This document shows, in pieces, positions 34,131 through 44,781 of a stretch of DNA of 64,000 nucleotides (position 1 is the first letter of the stretch; every line of letters starts with the position of its first letter). The translations under genes were made by a program, and so were the position numbers. Origin of the DNA: an uncultured Clostridia bacterium (GTDB lineage: Bacteria > Bacillota > Clostridia > TANB77 > CAG-508). The stretch lies in contig CALXEX010000003.1 of NCBI GenBank assembly GCA_944387445.1, positions 24,538 through 88,537 on the forward strand. The letters are read 5' to 3'. The notes beneath the pieces are model-generated. The model did not search any database. It saw nothing but the letters and a program-made list of their open reading frames with translations, and was not told the DNA's origin.

Positions 34131-35009
34131 TTATGTGGACTTATTTTTAGTGAGTGTCTTTTTATGATATCGATATAAATTACAAATTTCACAATTTAAA
34201 CAGATGGATACACGATTTTCAAAAATCAATTGTAAGGTATTGATAAATTCATCTATTTTGTTATCAATTAGATGAATATAGATTTTTTTGGGCAGTAAAT
34301 TCAAAAGGGAATTTAAGGTATAGTCATTTGTTGAAAAAGATATATCACTTAAATACTTGGCATTAAAAATATTTTCTGAATTTAGAATTATATTTTTATT
34401 TTCGTCTAATAAAATAGATTCAGAAGAAGTATAAATTAAATGCACAATATTAGAATGATTTTTTTGCGAATGAATATATAGTTTAAGTAGAGAAATAAAT
34501 TCTAGATACTCTTTTTCAATAATATAGTTATTGACACTTTCAGATACAATATCATCTAAAATAGAAGTATATGTTTGTATTCTAAAATTGATAAAACCAT
34601 CTAATATCAGAACAGAATGATGGGAGATAAATGAATAGATAGATTGATATAGTGCTTCAAATTTTTTGTCAAACCATTCATAATATTCATCAGATAAAAT
34701 AGTATAGCAATTTTTTAAGATTTTATTTCTTTCAAGAGCATCAAAATAAAAATAATTTTTATCAATTGTTCTTTTTAATAGCATATCTTCAAACTCATCA
34801 ATAATCAAAAAAGATAGAAGATTACTAATTTTAGAAAAGAAGTAAGGGTAATCATCGTTAGCAAGATAATGGATAATAATATTTTTGTAGTTTTTAAACT
34901 GATTTTCAGAAAAGCAAATATGTTCTATTTCGGAATGTTTCAATTCGTTTAGTAGATAATCTAGTATTTTAGAATTATTTGTTTTTATACATAAAGATTT
35001 CATATACAA
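34131..35009 (-). CDS. YtxC-like putative sporulation protein
   Basis: Size and overall pattern resemble the YtxC family; weak call. Confidence 0.35.
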   Translation of the reverse strand: MYMKSLCIKTNNSKILDYLLNELKHSEIEHICFSENQFKNYKNIIIHYLANDDYPYFFSKISNLLSFLIIDEFEDMLLKRTIDKNYFYFDALERNKILKNCYTILSDEYYEWFDKKFEALYQSIYSFISHHSVLILDGFINFRIQTYTSILDDIVSESVNNYIIEKEYLEFISLLKLYIHSQKNHSNIVHLIYTSSESILLDENKNIILNSENIFNAKYLSDISFSTNDYTLNSLLNLLPKKIYIHLIDNKIDEFINTLQLIFENRVSICLNCEICNLYRYHKKTLTKNKST

Positions 35010-35139
35010 AAATACCCCTTTCTCATAAACTAGTATCTACCAAACTTAAAAAACTTATACATTATTATATGATAAGAAAAAAAATAAGTGAATGATAGGA
35101 AAGTGTCAAAAAAACCACATATTAACATGTGGTTTTGAT

Positions 35140-36726
35140 CTAATAATAAATCATATAATCAATGTCTGGAAAAACACAATCCTTTTTAGAAATATCTTTT
35201 AGAAAATCTGCATCAATTGTATTGTCTTTAATTTGATAATACAATTTTGTAAATCGACCAATATGATCTTTAATTCTTTTTTTGGCATAATCTACCATTG
35301 TACCATTTGTTATGATAAATAACCAATCACTACTTTGTGCTAATAATAATTCTCTAGCACATTGATTTAAAGCTTTTTTCTTTAAGCCTTTTGCATTTGG
35401 ATATAAATGAGCAAGTTCACACATTCTATCACCTGCAACATGAAGATGTCTATGTACATAATCATTAGTAGGGTTTAACCATACTTCGCTATATCCATTA
35501 GCACCCCAACTAGATCTACAAGGAGAAGCAACTTGCATATTTGGATATTTATCGATATATTCAGATGGTGTAATTAATTCAAAATTACAATCATCATAAT
35601 AGATTTTTTTAAATAAAATGTATAACCAATAAGGACCTTCATACCACCAATGACCATATAATTCGGCATCATAAGGACATAATATGATAGGTGGATTTTC
35701 TGTATATTGGGCAAGGTTTTCAATTTGCGCATTTCTTGAATCGAAGAAGTGACCTGCTTGTCTTTCGGCTGAATCTTTTGCCCATTGAAGGTTATAATAA
35801 TCTTTAAATTCTGTTTTCCCTGTAATTCTATAATATTTGATACCAGTATGAACTCTAACGCCATTATGGGCAATATATGGTTTTATGTAGTCATAATCGG
35901 CATCATAACCAATATCACGGTAAAATTCTCTATAATTAAAATCACCAGGATATCCATTAATAGAGCTCCATACTTGTCTGGAAGATTCGATATCTCTACC
36001 AAAAGCAATAACTCCTTCTGGTGAAACAATAGGTGCAAAGGTACCATACAAAGGTGTAGGGTCTGCATATAAAATTCCATGGGTTTCGGTTATAATATAA
36101 TCAATTCCAAATTCTTTTAGATATTTATCAGCTTCTGGTACATAACCACATTCAGGAAGCCAAATACCACGAGGTTTTCTTCCAAAATATCTTTCATAAG
36201 TTTGTACGCCAACTGCAATTTGAGCTTTTACAGTTTTTTCATTGACATATAATATTGGGAAATATCCATGTGTAGCACCACAAGTAATAATTTCCAATAC
36301 GCCAATATCTTGAAAATGTTTAAACCCTTGAATCAAATTACATTTAAAAACATCTTTAAATATATGTAAATCATTTGAATATCGATCATAATAGTAATGA
36401 GCCAATTGATTTAATCGTTCATCACCAGCAGTTCTTTTAATTTCTTTTCCAGATAATTCTATCATTTGTTTTAAATAACGAATATATTTTCTTTGTAATA
36501 ATTTATTATCTAACATAGAAAGTAGAGGAGGGGTCATAGACATTGTAATTCTAAAATTAACACCTTCATCTACTAATTTTTGAAAATTTGTTAATAATGG
36601 TATATAGGTTTCAGATATTGCTTCATATAACCAAGATTCTTCTAAATAGTCATCACTTTCAGGATGATGGATAAATGGAAGATGTGCATGAAGAACGAAA
36701 CTAACATATCCTTTTTTCTCTTGCAT
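35140..36726 (-). CDS. glycoside hydrolase family 57 (1,4-alpha-glucan branching enzyme type)
   Basis: N-terminal GH57 motif FVLHAHLPF..HPE. Confidence 0.75.
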   Translation of the reverse strand: MQEKKGYVSFVLHAHLPFIHHPESDDYLEESWLYEAISETYIPLLTNFQKLVDEGVNFRITMSMTPPLLSMLDNKLLQRKYIRYLKQMIELSGKEIKRTAGDERLNQLAHYYYDRYSNDLHIFKDVFKCNLIQGFKHFQDIGVLEIITCGATHGYFPILYVNEKTVKAQIAVGVQTYERYFGRKPRGIWLPECGYVPEADKYLKEFGIDYIITETHGILYADPTPLYGTFAPIVSPEGVIAFGRDIESSRQVWSSINGYPGDFNYREFYRDIGYDADYDYIKPYIAHNGVRVHTGIKYYRITGKTEFKDYYNLQWAKDSAERQAGHFFDSRNAQIENLAQYTENPPIILCPYDAELYGHWWYEGPYWLYILFKKIYYDDCNFELITPSEYIDKYPNMQVASPCRSSWGANGYSEVWLNPTNDYVHRHLHVAGDRMCELAHLYPNAKGLKKKALNQCARELLLAQSSDWLFIITNGTMVDYAKKRIKDHIGRFTKLYYQIKDNTIDADFLKDISKKDCVFPDIDYMIYY

Positions 36727-36853
36727 TTAAATTCTCCTTTTTTTGTTACTAAAATTTTTATGTATCTTATTTTTCACTTATAGAAAATGTAATTTGCTAT
36801 AAGGCAAAAAATGAATGAGACACTTTTGAATGGCAATCTCAAGTGTCTCAAGC

Positions 36854-37852
36854 TTATTTGAATTTTGAAGAAAGACTTCCAGATGATGGATTACCAGAAG
36901 AAGGATTAGATAAATCATAAAATTCTTCAATATTCTCATTTTGATAAATTGCTTTATAAATATCATATATATTATATATTTTTCCCATATTTCTAATAAA
37001 GGAAACATTTGCTGAAATTGGCTTTTCGATTTGGACACCTGTTTTTACATTTCTAAAATACACCATTTTTTGTTCTTTATTAAATAAGATGTGATCATTT
37101 GGTGATTCGATTTCATTTGAAGTAGATATGTAAATATAATCTGTATGAATTTTTGGATTTTCTTTGATAGGACGTCTACCTAATTCAATTTTATAATCAC
37201 ATTTAGCATCATTGACATGAAGATACCAGCTATTAGCAAAATCATTAATGTCAATTTCAAAACTGTAATTCATGGTTGTATTATGAACAATTAAAACTGG
37301 TTTTGTGGTTTCGAAAAAGTCTTCACCATATTGTTCTTTATAGTTTTCTCTATCTTTATCAGAGATATCCCAATATATAAATAGATTGGTAGGAGTTTGC
37401 GCCAATACTTTTACAACTGTTTGGTTATAACGATATGGTAAATCATAATATTCTACAATATCTACTTTTTGCTTTTTGGTTGTCGTATTTTTCTTCCTAG
37501 AAGCAGTAGATTTCTTTGTAGCAGATTTTTTAGCAACAGTTTTTGTAGATCTTTTTTTAGCTGTTGATTTCTTAGTGGTTTTCTTTTTTGTTGTTGTTTC
37601 TACTGATGTTTTACTAGCTGATGCTTTTTTTGTGGCAACAGTTTTAGGAGTAGCAGAAGTCTTTTTTGCTACACTTTTTGCAGTAGAAGATTTTTTTGTA
37701 TCTGTTTTTGTAACAGCATCTTTCTTTGCAGTTGTTTTTTTAGCAACAGATTTTGATGCTTTTTTAGTTGGTTCTTTTTTCTTTGTAGTTATTTTTGGTG
37801 TTGCTGTAACTGCATTTGTTTCTTCATTTGTTTCTTTTGTTTTTCTTGGCAT
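36854..37852 (-). CDS. DUF4912-like protein with a Lys/Thr/Ala-rich histone-H1-like N-terminal region; conserved partner of GH57 enzymes
   Basis: Low-complexity KKxxAKK N-terminus and globular C-terminus; adjacency to GH57. Confidence 0.45.
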   Translation of the reverse strand: MPRKTKETNEETNAVTATPKITTKKKEPTKKASKSVAKKTTAKKDAVTKTDTKKSSTAKSVAKKTSATPKTVATKKASASKTSVETTTKKKTTKKSTAKKRSTKTVAKKSATKKSTASRKKNTTTKKQKVDIVEYYDLPYRYNQTVVKVLAQTPTNLFIYWDISDKDRENYKEQYGEDFFETTKPVLIVHNTTMNYSFEIDINDFANSWYLHVNDAKCDYKIELGRRPIKENPKIHTDYIYISTSNEIESPNDHILFNKEQKMVYFRNVKTGVQIEKPISANVSFIRNMGKIYNIYDIYKAIYQNENIEEFYDLSNPSSGNPSSGSLSSKFK

Positions 37853-38019
37853 TGTATATCCTCCTATGTAAATCTCTTTTATTACTTTTATATATTATAC
37901 TAAATGAAAAAGAAATTCAAGGGGATAATATAATTTTTTAAATTTATTTTATATAACAAATTGAAAAAAAGAAATACCTTTTGTATAATATCAGTGTATT
38001 ATAAGAGGAGGATTAAAAT

Positions 38020-38478
38020 ATGAAAGAAGAAAAAAATAAACTGACTATAAGAGTGGCAGGAATTGTTCCGATGAATGATGGATTTATATTCATGCATAGA
38101 AAAAATGTAAGAAGAAACAAAGATTATCAAGAATATTATACATTCCCAGGAGGACATCTAGAAGAAGGAGAAACATTAGAAGAAGGTGTGATAAGAGAAA
38201 TCAAAGAAGAATTTGGTATACATGTAAAAGTAATAAAAATTTTATATGAATTGGAAAATGATAAATTAAATATGAAAGAATATTTCTTTTTATGTGAATA
38301 TCTAGATGGAGAATTTGGGACAGGAGATGGGGAAGAATTTTCAGGTAATCCAGAATACGAAGATTCAGGTGACTATATTCCGGAAATTGTGAAACGAGAA
38401 AATATACAAGATTTAGTTTTATTACCTTTAGAAATAAGAGAAAAATTTGTACAGGATTTGAAAGCAGGAAACCTATAA
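38020..38478 (+). CDS. NUDIX hydrolase
   Basis: Nudix box GGHLEEGETLEEGVIREIKEEFG. Confidence 0.8.
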   Translation: MKEEKNKLTIRVAGIVPMNDGFIFMHRKNVRRNKDYQEYYTFPGGHLEEGETLEEGVIREIKEEFGIHVKVIKILYELENDKLNMKEYFFLCEYLDGEFGTGDGEEFSGNPEYEDSGDYIPEIVKRENIQDLVLLPLEIREKFVQDLKAGNL

Positions 38479-38486
38479 TCATAAGC

Positions 38487-38605
38487 TGTAACTATTCAGT
38501 GGTAAAGATATTTGATATTAAACGTTTTCTTGTATATTTATTTTTTATGAAAAATAAATATACAAGAAAACGTAATTAGAAATTTTATACCACTGAATAG
38601 TTACA
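38487..38605. repeat. 119-nt two-tier perfect hairpin/palindrome between the NUDIX gene and the lexA promoter
   Basis: Outer arms TGTAACTATTCAGTGGTA / TACCACTGAATAGTTACA; inner 25-bp perfect arms AACGTTTTCTTGTATATTTATTTTT / reverse complement. Confidence 0.8.
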
Positions 38606-38682
38606 ATAATTTTAAAAAAATCAAAAATTTGTTTGACATTTTTTTGTTTGTATGATATGATGAAACAAAATAGGAGAATGGA

Positions 38683-39342
38683 GTGAAGAAAATGCCAAAA
38701 AAGAAGCAAGAATTAAATAGAAGAGAAAAATCAATTTTGCACTTTATTGAAAAACAAATTATGACACAAGGATATCCACCATCAGTAAGAGAAATTGGAA
38801 AAGCGGTTGGATTAAATTCAACAGCAACCGTACATGGTTATTTAGCCAAATTAGAAGAAAAAGGATATATTAAGAAAAAAGACAAAAAAGGAAGAACCTT
38901 AAGATTATTAAAAGGAGCTTCTGGAGAAGCAAAAGTTACATCAAGTAAAGATTTCTATACACAAAAAGAATTGGTTGAAGTACCAATTATAGGAAAAATA
39001 ACAGCAGGAGAACCAATATTAGCCGTAGAAAATATTACAGATACTTTCCCAATTCCTATTGACTTTGTTGGAAATTCAGAAAGCTTTATGCTAACTGTTA
39101 GAGGAGAAAGTATGATAGAGGCAGGAATATTAGATGGAGACTATATTCTTGTTAAAAGACAAAATACAGCGAATAATGGTGAGATTGTTGTTGCTTTAAT
39201 AGGAGATGAAGCAACAGTTAAAACATTTTATAAAGAAGAAGATCATATTCGTTTACAACCAGAAAATTCTACAATGGATCCAATTATCGTACCAGATTGT
39301 GAAATATTAGGAAAAGTTGCAGGTGTATTTAGAAAAATGTAA
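38683..39342 (+). CDS. lexA: LexA repressor
   Basis: N-terminal wHTH ([29 protein letters not shown]) and C-terminal S24 peptidase with Ser-Lys dyad (GESM...VKRQ). Confidence 0.9.
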   Translation: MKKMPKKKQELNRREKSILHFIEKQIMTQGYPPSVREIGKAVGLNSTATVHGYLAKLEEKGYIKKKDKKGRTLRLLKGASGEAKVTSSKDFYTQKELVEVPIIGKITAGEPILAVENITDTFPIPIDFVGNSESFMLTVRGESMIEAGILDGDYILVKRQNTANNGEIVVALIGDEATVKTFYKEEDHIRLQPENSTMDPIIVPDCEILGKVAGVFRKM

Positions 39343-39526
39343 GGAAAAAAGGGCATTGGACTTGAATAAAAGCCAATGCTCTTTTCGTAAGAAGTCTAGT
39401 TTTCATTATAACCAGTAAATAATTCACAAAAAATTCACAATAGAAATATTGATTTATGACACTATGTCACGTATAATAAATAGTACAGTGTCATTTTTTA
39501 TTGTATAAGAAAGAAGGAGGAAAAAC

Positions 39527-41815
39527 ATGCTAAAGGTATTAAAAAATTTAAAAAAATCATTAGGCGCAGTTATTGTTATCATCATATTGCTATGTGTGCA
39601 AGCGACTACAGACTTAGCATTACCAGATTATACTTCAAAAATTGTAAATGAAGGTATACAATCAGGTGGTATTACAAGTGCTGTACCAGAAATTATTTCT
39701 AAAGAAGATATGGATAATATGCTTGTATTTACAGATCAAGATGATGAAATTTTAGAAAATTATACAATGATTTCAGCAACAAATGAAAATGGATATGAGA
39801 CGCAAGAAAAACATGAAGAAAAAGTAATAAAACAATATTATGGACATGATTATGAAGTTAAAACAGATACAATTTATGTTTTAAAAGATATTAGTGAAGA
39901 GCAAGAAGAAAATTTAACTGGAATCATTGTAGATCCATTAATGGAAATGACAACCATTACAAGTGAAGAAACAGCAAACAAAATAAAAGAACAATTATTA
40001 CAAAATGTTCCAGAAACACAAAGAGAATACATACAGAATATGTCATTAATGGAAATCATTGCACAAATGCCAGAAGAGCAAAGAGTACAAGTTTTAGCAG
40101 AATTTACAAAACAAATTGAAGAAATGAGCGATTCTATAAAGGAACAAGCAGTCATTTCATCTGTAAAACAAATCTATATAAATGCTGGTATTAATACAGA
40201 TGATATTCAAAATAAGTATATTTTCAAAACAGGACTACAAATGTTAGGAATTGCCTTAATTACAATGGTATGTGCAGTAACGATTATGTTGTTATCATCA
40301 AGAGTAGCAGCAAAATTGGGAAAAACATTAAGAGAAAAAGTATTTAAAAAGGTAATGACATTTTCAAATGCAGAATTAAATCAATTTTCAACAGCATCAT
40401 TGATTACACGTAGTACAAACGATGTGCAACAAATTCAACAGTTAATTACAATACTATTTAGAGTTGTTGTTTATGCGCCAATTATAGGAATTGGTGGATT
40501 TGTTAGAGTACTTACCAGTACAGATAATTCAATGGCATGGATTATTGGCGTAGCAATATTAGCTATTCTATTTATTGTAGGAACTCTATTTGCGATTGCA
40601 ATGCCAAGATTTAGAAAATTGCAAGATTTAATAGACAAATTAAATGAAGTTTCAAGAGAAATTCTTACAGGATTGCCAGTTATTAGAGCATTTAACAAAG
40701 AGAAAAAAGAAGAAGCTAGATTTGATGTGGCCAATAAAGATTTAATGAAAACCAATTTATTTGTAAATAAAGCTATGTCAATGATGATGCCTTTATTAAT
40801 GTTCATTATGAATGCAATTATGATATTAATTGTTTGGGTTGGAGGACATAATGTTGACCAAGGCATTATGCAAGTTGGAGACATGATGGCATTTATCCAA
40901 TATACAATGCAAATTGTTATGGCATTCTTAATGATATCTATGATTTCTATTATGCTTCCTAGAGCAGCAGTTTCTGCTAGAAGAATTAATGAAGTAATAG
41001 AAGCTAAGCCAAGTATCAAAGATAAAAAAGAAACCAAAAAATTTGATCCAAATAAAAAAGGATTAGTAGAATTCAAAAATGTTTCATTTAGATATCCAGA
41101 TGCAGATACAGAAATCTTAGAGGATATTAACTTTACAGCAGAACCAGGAAAAACAACAGCCATTATAGGAAGTACGGGAAGTGGTAAATCAACGGTTGTA
41201 AACTTAATACCAAGATTTTATGATGTTACTGGTGGAGAATTATGTATAGATGGTGTTAATGTCAAAGATGTTTCACAAAAAGATCTAAGAGACATTATAG
41301 GATTTGTACCACAAAAAGGTGTGCTATTCTCAGGAACCATTGAATCAAATATTAAATACTCTGATGAAACTATGTCAGATGAAAGAATGGTAGAAGCAGC
41401 AGAAATTGCCCAAGCAACAGAATTTATTAATGAAAAAGAAAATAAATACCAAGACCCAATTGCACAAGGTGGAGGAAATGTATCAGGTGGACAAAAACAA
41501 AGATTATCTATTGCAAGAGCCATTGCAAAAGATCCAGAAATTTTTGTATTTGATGATAGTTTCTCAGCATTAGACTTCAAGACAGACAGTGCATTAAGAG
41601 AAGCGCTAGCTACCAGAACGAAAAATAAAACAGTTATCATTGTTGCCCAAAGAATTAGTACCATTTTAAATGCAGACAAAATTATTGTCTTAGAAGAAGG
41701 AAAAATGGTAGGAATGGGTACACATGAAGAATTAATGAAACATAATGAAACTTATAGGCAAATTGCCTTATCACAATTGTCTGAAGAAGAATTAGGCGAG
41801 AAAGGAGGTAAGTAA
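39527..41815 (+). CDS. ABC transporter permease/ATP-binding protein (exporter, long extracytoplasmic N-terminal insert)
   Basis: TMD and NBD with GSTGSGKST, VSGGQKQR and FDDSFSALD. Confidence 0.8.
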   Translation: MLKVLKNLKKSLGAVIVIIILLCVQATTDLALPDYTSKIVNEGIQSGGITSAVPEIISKEDMDNMLVFTDQDDEILENYTMISATNENGYETQEKHEEKVIKQYYGHDYEVKTDTIYVLKDISEEQEENLTGIIVDPLMEMTTITSEETANKIKEQLLQNVPETQREYIQNMSLMEIIAQMPEEQRVQVLAEFTKQIEEMSDSIKEQAVISSVKQIYINAGINTDDIQNKYIFKTGLQMLGIALITMVCAVTIMLLSSRVAAKLGKTLREKVFKKVMTFSNAELNQFSTASLITRSTNDVQQIQQLITILFRVVVYAPIIGIGGFVRVLTSTDNSMAWIIGVAILAILFIVGTLFAIAMPRFRKLQDLIDKLNEVSREILTGLPVIRAFNKEKKEEARFDVANKDLMKTNLFVNKAMSMMMPLLMFIMNAIMILIVWVGGHNVDQGIMQVGDMMAFIQYTMQIVMAFLMISMISIMLPRAAVSARRINEVIEAKPSIKDKKETKKFDPNKKGLVEFKNVSFRYPDADTEILEDINFTAEPGKTTAIIGSTGSGKSTVVNLIPRFYDVTGGELCIDGVNVKDVSQKDLRDIIGFVPQKGVLFSGTIESNIKYSDETMSDERMVEAAEIAQATEFINEKENKYQDPIAQGGGNVSGGQKQRLSIARAIAKDPEIFVFDDSFSALDFKTDSALREALATRTKNKTVIIVAQRISTILNADKIIVLEEGKMVGMGTHEELMKHNETYRQIALSQLSEEELGEKGGK

Positions 41816-41816
41816 T

Positions 41817-43634
41817 ATGCCAGGACCAATGGGAGGACCTAGAAGAGGTCAAACAACAGAAAGAGCAAAAGATTTTAAGAAAACAACAAAAAAATTAATA
41901 CGTTCTTATTTAGTAGATTATAAAATACCAATTATTATTGTTATGATATTTGCAATTGGTAGTACCATATTTACCATTGTAGGACCTAAAATATTAGGAA
42001 ATGCAACAACAGAAATCTTTAATGGATTGGTTAGTAAATTAAGTGGTGGAACAGGAATTGACTTTGGAAAAGTTGGTCAAATTGCTTTAATGTTATTAGG
42101 TTTATATGTTATCAGCGCATTATTCTCTTTTGTACAGAGATTTCTAATGACAAACGTGGCACAAAAAATCACATATAAATTAAGAAATGATATAGCAATC
42201 AAAATTAATAAATTGCCAATGAAGTACTTTGATAAAAAGACACATGGAGAAGTATTATCTATTATTACAAATGATATTGATACATTAAGTATGAACTTAA
42301 ACCAAAGTATCACTGAAATTATTACATCTGTGTGTACGATTATTGGTATTTTGGTTATGATGTTTTCAATCAGTTGGCAAATGACACTAATTTCATTAGT
42401 AATCTTACCAATAGCAGGCATATTAGTCACATTTATTGTCAAAAAATCACAAAAATATTTTATAAAACAACAAGATTACTTAGGACACGTAAATGGTCAA
42501 GTAGAAGAAATATATGGTGGATTAAATATTGTAAAAGTATTTAATGCTGAAGGAAAAGTAACAAAAGATTTTGAAAAGGCTAATGACGAATTATATCATT
42601 CTGGTTGGAAATCACAATTCTTATCAGGTTTAATGCATCCGGTTATGAACTTTATATCAAATGTAGGATATGTAGCAGTAGCGGTAGCTGGTGGATATTT
42701 AGCAATTCAAGGAACCATTACCGTTGGAAATATCCAAAGTTTTATACAATATAATAAACAATTTACACAACCAATTAACCAATTAGCACAAATATCTAAT
42801 ATGTTACAAGCTATGATGGCAGCAGCAGAAAGAATCTTTGAATTCTTAGAAGAACCAGAAGAAGTCGTAACTGCAAAAGGAAATATTGATACTTCTAAAC
42901 TAAAAGGAAATGTAGAATTTAAACATGTTAAATTTGGATATGATCCAGAAAGAACAATCATCAATGACTTCAATAGCAGTGTACATGAGGGACAAAAAAT
43001 CGCAATTGTTGGCCCAACAGGAGCAGGAAAAACAACCATGGTAAAATTGTTAATGCGTTTTTATGATGTCACAGATGGAGAAATCGATGTCGATGGACAT
43101 AATGTAAAAGACTTTGATAGAGGCGAACTTCGTAAAATGTTTGGTATGGTTTTACAAGACACCTGGTTATTTGGTGGAACAGTAAAAGAAAATATCAAAT
43201 ATAGTAAAGAAGATGCAACAGATACAGAAGTTGTAGAAGCAGCGAAAGCAGCACATGTACATCACTTTATCAAAACATTACCAAATGGATATAATTCTAT
43301 GATCAATGAAGAATCAACAAACATATCAGCAGGTCAAAAGCAATTACTTACTATTGCCAGAGTTATATTAGCAGACCCTAAGATATTAATATTAGATGAA
43401 GCAACAAGCTCAATTGATACAAGAACAGAGATACAAATACAATCAGCAATGGATAATCTAATGAAAGGAAGAACAAGCTTTATTATTGCACATAGACTAT
43501 CAACCATTAAAAATGCAGATTTGATTTTAGTTATGAATCATGGTGACATTGTAGAACAAGGAACACATGAAGAGTTACTTGCTAAAAATGGATTTTATGC
43601 TGATTTATATAACTCACAATTCGAAGAGCTTTGA
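41817..43634 (+). CDS. ABC transporter permease/ATP-binding protein (heterodimeric partner of the upstream gene)
   Basis: GPTGAGKTT, SAGQKQL and LDEATSSID motifs; start 2 nt after the upstream stop. Confidence 0.8.
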   Translation: MPGPMGGPRRGQTTERAKDFKKTTKKLIRSYLVDYKIPIIIVMIFAIGSTIFTIVGPKILGNATTEIFNGLVSKLSGGTGIDFGKVGQIALMLLGLYVISALFSFVQRFLMTNVAQKITYKLRNDIAIKINKLPMKYFDKKTHGEVLSIITNDIDTLSMNLNQSITEIITSVCTIIGILVMMFSISWQMTLISLVILPIAGILVTFIVKKSQKYFIKQQDYLGHVNGQVEEIYGGLNIVKVFNAEGKVTKDFEKANDELYHSGWKSQFLSGLMHPVMNFISNVGYVAVAVAGGYLAIQGTITVGNIQSFIQYNKQFTQPINQLAQISNMLQAMMAAAERIFEFLEEPEEVVTAKGNIDTSKLKGNVEFKHVKFGYDPERTIINDFNSSVHEGQKIAIVGPTGAGKTTMVKLLMRFYDVTDGEIDVDGHNVKDFDRGELRKMFGMVLQDTWLFGGTVKENIKYSKEDATDTEVVEAAKAAHVHHFIKTLPNGYNSMINEESTNISAGQKQLLTIARVILADPKILILDEATSSIDTRTEIQIQSAMDNLMKGRTSFIIAHRLSTIKNADLILVMNHGDIVEQGTHEELLAKNGFYADLYNSQFEEL

Positions 43635-43825
43635 TGGATGAAAAAGTAGAATATTTTGTAGCATATGAGAAAGAGCATTTTGAGAATATCTCCACGAAAC
43701 ACAAAGACCAAATGAAAAATATTATAAATGGTAGAAAATTTAATGTTAAGTGGGCTTTGCCACTTGAATATTTTGGGGTAGAAATAGTGAAAAATGATAA
43801 AGAAAATAAAGTATATGATATATAA
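43631..43825 (+). CDS. hypothetical small protein (64 aa)
   Basis: ORF overlapping the ABC gene's stop; no family. Confidence 0.3.
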   Translation: MMDEKVEYFVAYEKEHFENISTKHKDQMKNIINGRKFNVKWALPLEYFGVEIVKNDKENKVYDI

Positions 43826-43950
43826 ACATATACTTTATTTTTATGGAAACTTTAAATAGTTAAAATTTTGTGCAAAATCTAAAAAATAATTTTTATTCAC
43901 TTGACATTAAAACAAATGTTTGATAAAATCAGCAAAAAGGATGTGGTACA

Positions 43951-44760
43951 ATGAAAACGTTAATAGTAAAGAAGCAAGCTATAAATATAACTCTAGTAGA
44001 TAATGAGGAATATATATCTTTAACAGATATTGCTAGATATAAAAATAGAGAAAATCCAAAAGGTGTGATACAAAATTGGATAAGGAATAGAAATACAATA
44101 GAGTTTTTAGGAATTTGGGAATTAATACACAACCCAAATTTTAAAGGCATCGAATTCGAGGCCTTTAAAAAAGAGGCTGGATTAAATAGTTTTACATTAG
44201 CTCCACAAAAATGGATAGAATCAACAGATGCTATAGGATTAGTTTCTAAATCTGGCAAAGGTGGTGGAACATATGCACATAGAGATATTGCTTTTGAATT
44301 TGCTTCATGGGTTTCAGTAGAGTTTAAAATATATTTAATTCAAGAGTTTGAAAGATTAAAAGAAAATGAACAAAGAGAAATAGGTTGGAGTGCTAAAAGA
44401 GAATTAAGTAAGATTAATTATATAATACATACAGATGCAATAAAAAACAATTTAATACCTAAAGAATTAACGAATAAGCAAGTAAATTTAGTATATGCCG
44501 AAGAAGCTGATGTATTAAATATGGCATTATTTGGAATGACAGCAAAAGAATGGAGAAAAAAGAATCCAAATAAAAAAGGAAATATAAGAGATTATGCAAG
44601 TATAAATGAATTAATATGTTTAGCAAACTTAGAAAATACAAATTCAATATTTATAAATGAAGGGATGCAACAATCTCAAAGGTTGTATAAATTAAATCAA
44701 ATAGCAATATCACAAATGAAAATATTAACGAAAGATAATGAAAGAAAATTATTAAAATAA
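43951..44760 (+). CDS. KilA-N domain protein (phage antirepressor-like DNA-binding N-terminus)
   Basis: KilA-N-like N-terminus (ISLTDIARYKNRENPKGVIQNWIRNRNTIEFLGIWE); own TTGACA-17-TAAAAT promoter. Confidence 0.6.
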   Translation: MKTLIVKKQAINITLVDNEEYISLTDIARYKNRENPKGVIQNWIRNRNTIEFLGIWELIHNPNFKGIEFEAFKKEAGLNSFTLAPQKWIESTDAIGLVSKSGKGGGTYAHRDIAFEFASWVSVEFKIYLIQEFERLKENEQREIGWSAKRELSKINYIIHTDAIKNNLIPKELTNKQVNLVYAEEADVLNMALFGMTAKEWRKKNPNKKGNIRDYASINELICLANLENTNSIFINEGMQQSQRLYKLNQIAISQMKILTKDNERKLLK

Positions 44761-44781
44761 AATATGACAAGGAGAAAGTAA

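Noticed and set aside
38600-38682. Expected a Cheo-type SOS box (GAAC-N4-GTTC) in the lexA promoter
   Set aside because: Only GTTTG...GAAAC in the wrong polarity is present, with no convincing LexA palindrome. LexA autoregulation here cannot be supported from sequence alone.
40471-41163. 230-aa minus-strand ORF inside the 39527 ABC transporter, and similar antisense ORFs (37476-37871, 9321-9569, 10353-10721, 20736-21050, 30168-30539)
   Set aside because: Antisense shadows of confidently assigned genes; hydrophobic low-complexity translations typical of AT-rich reverse frames.
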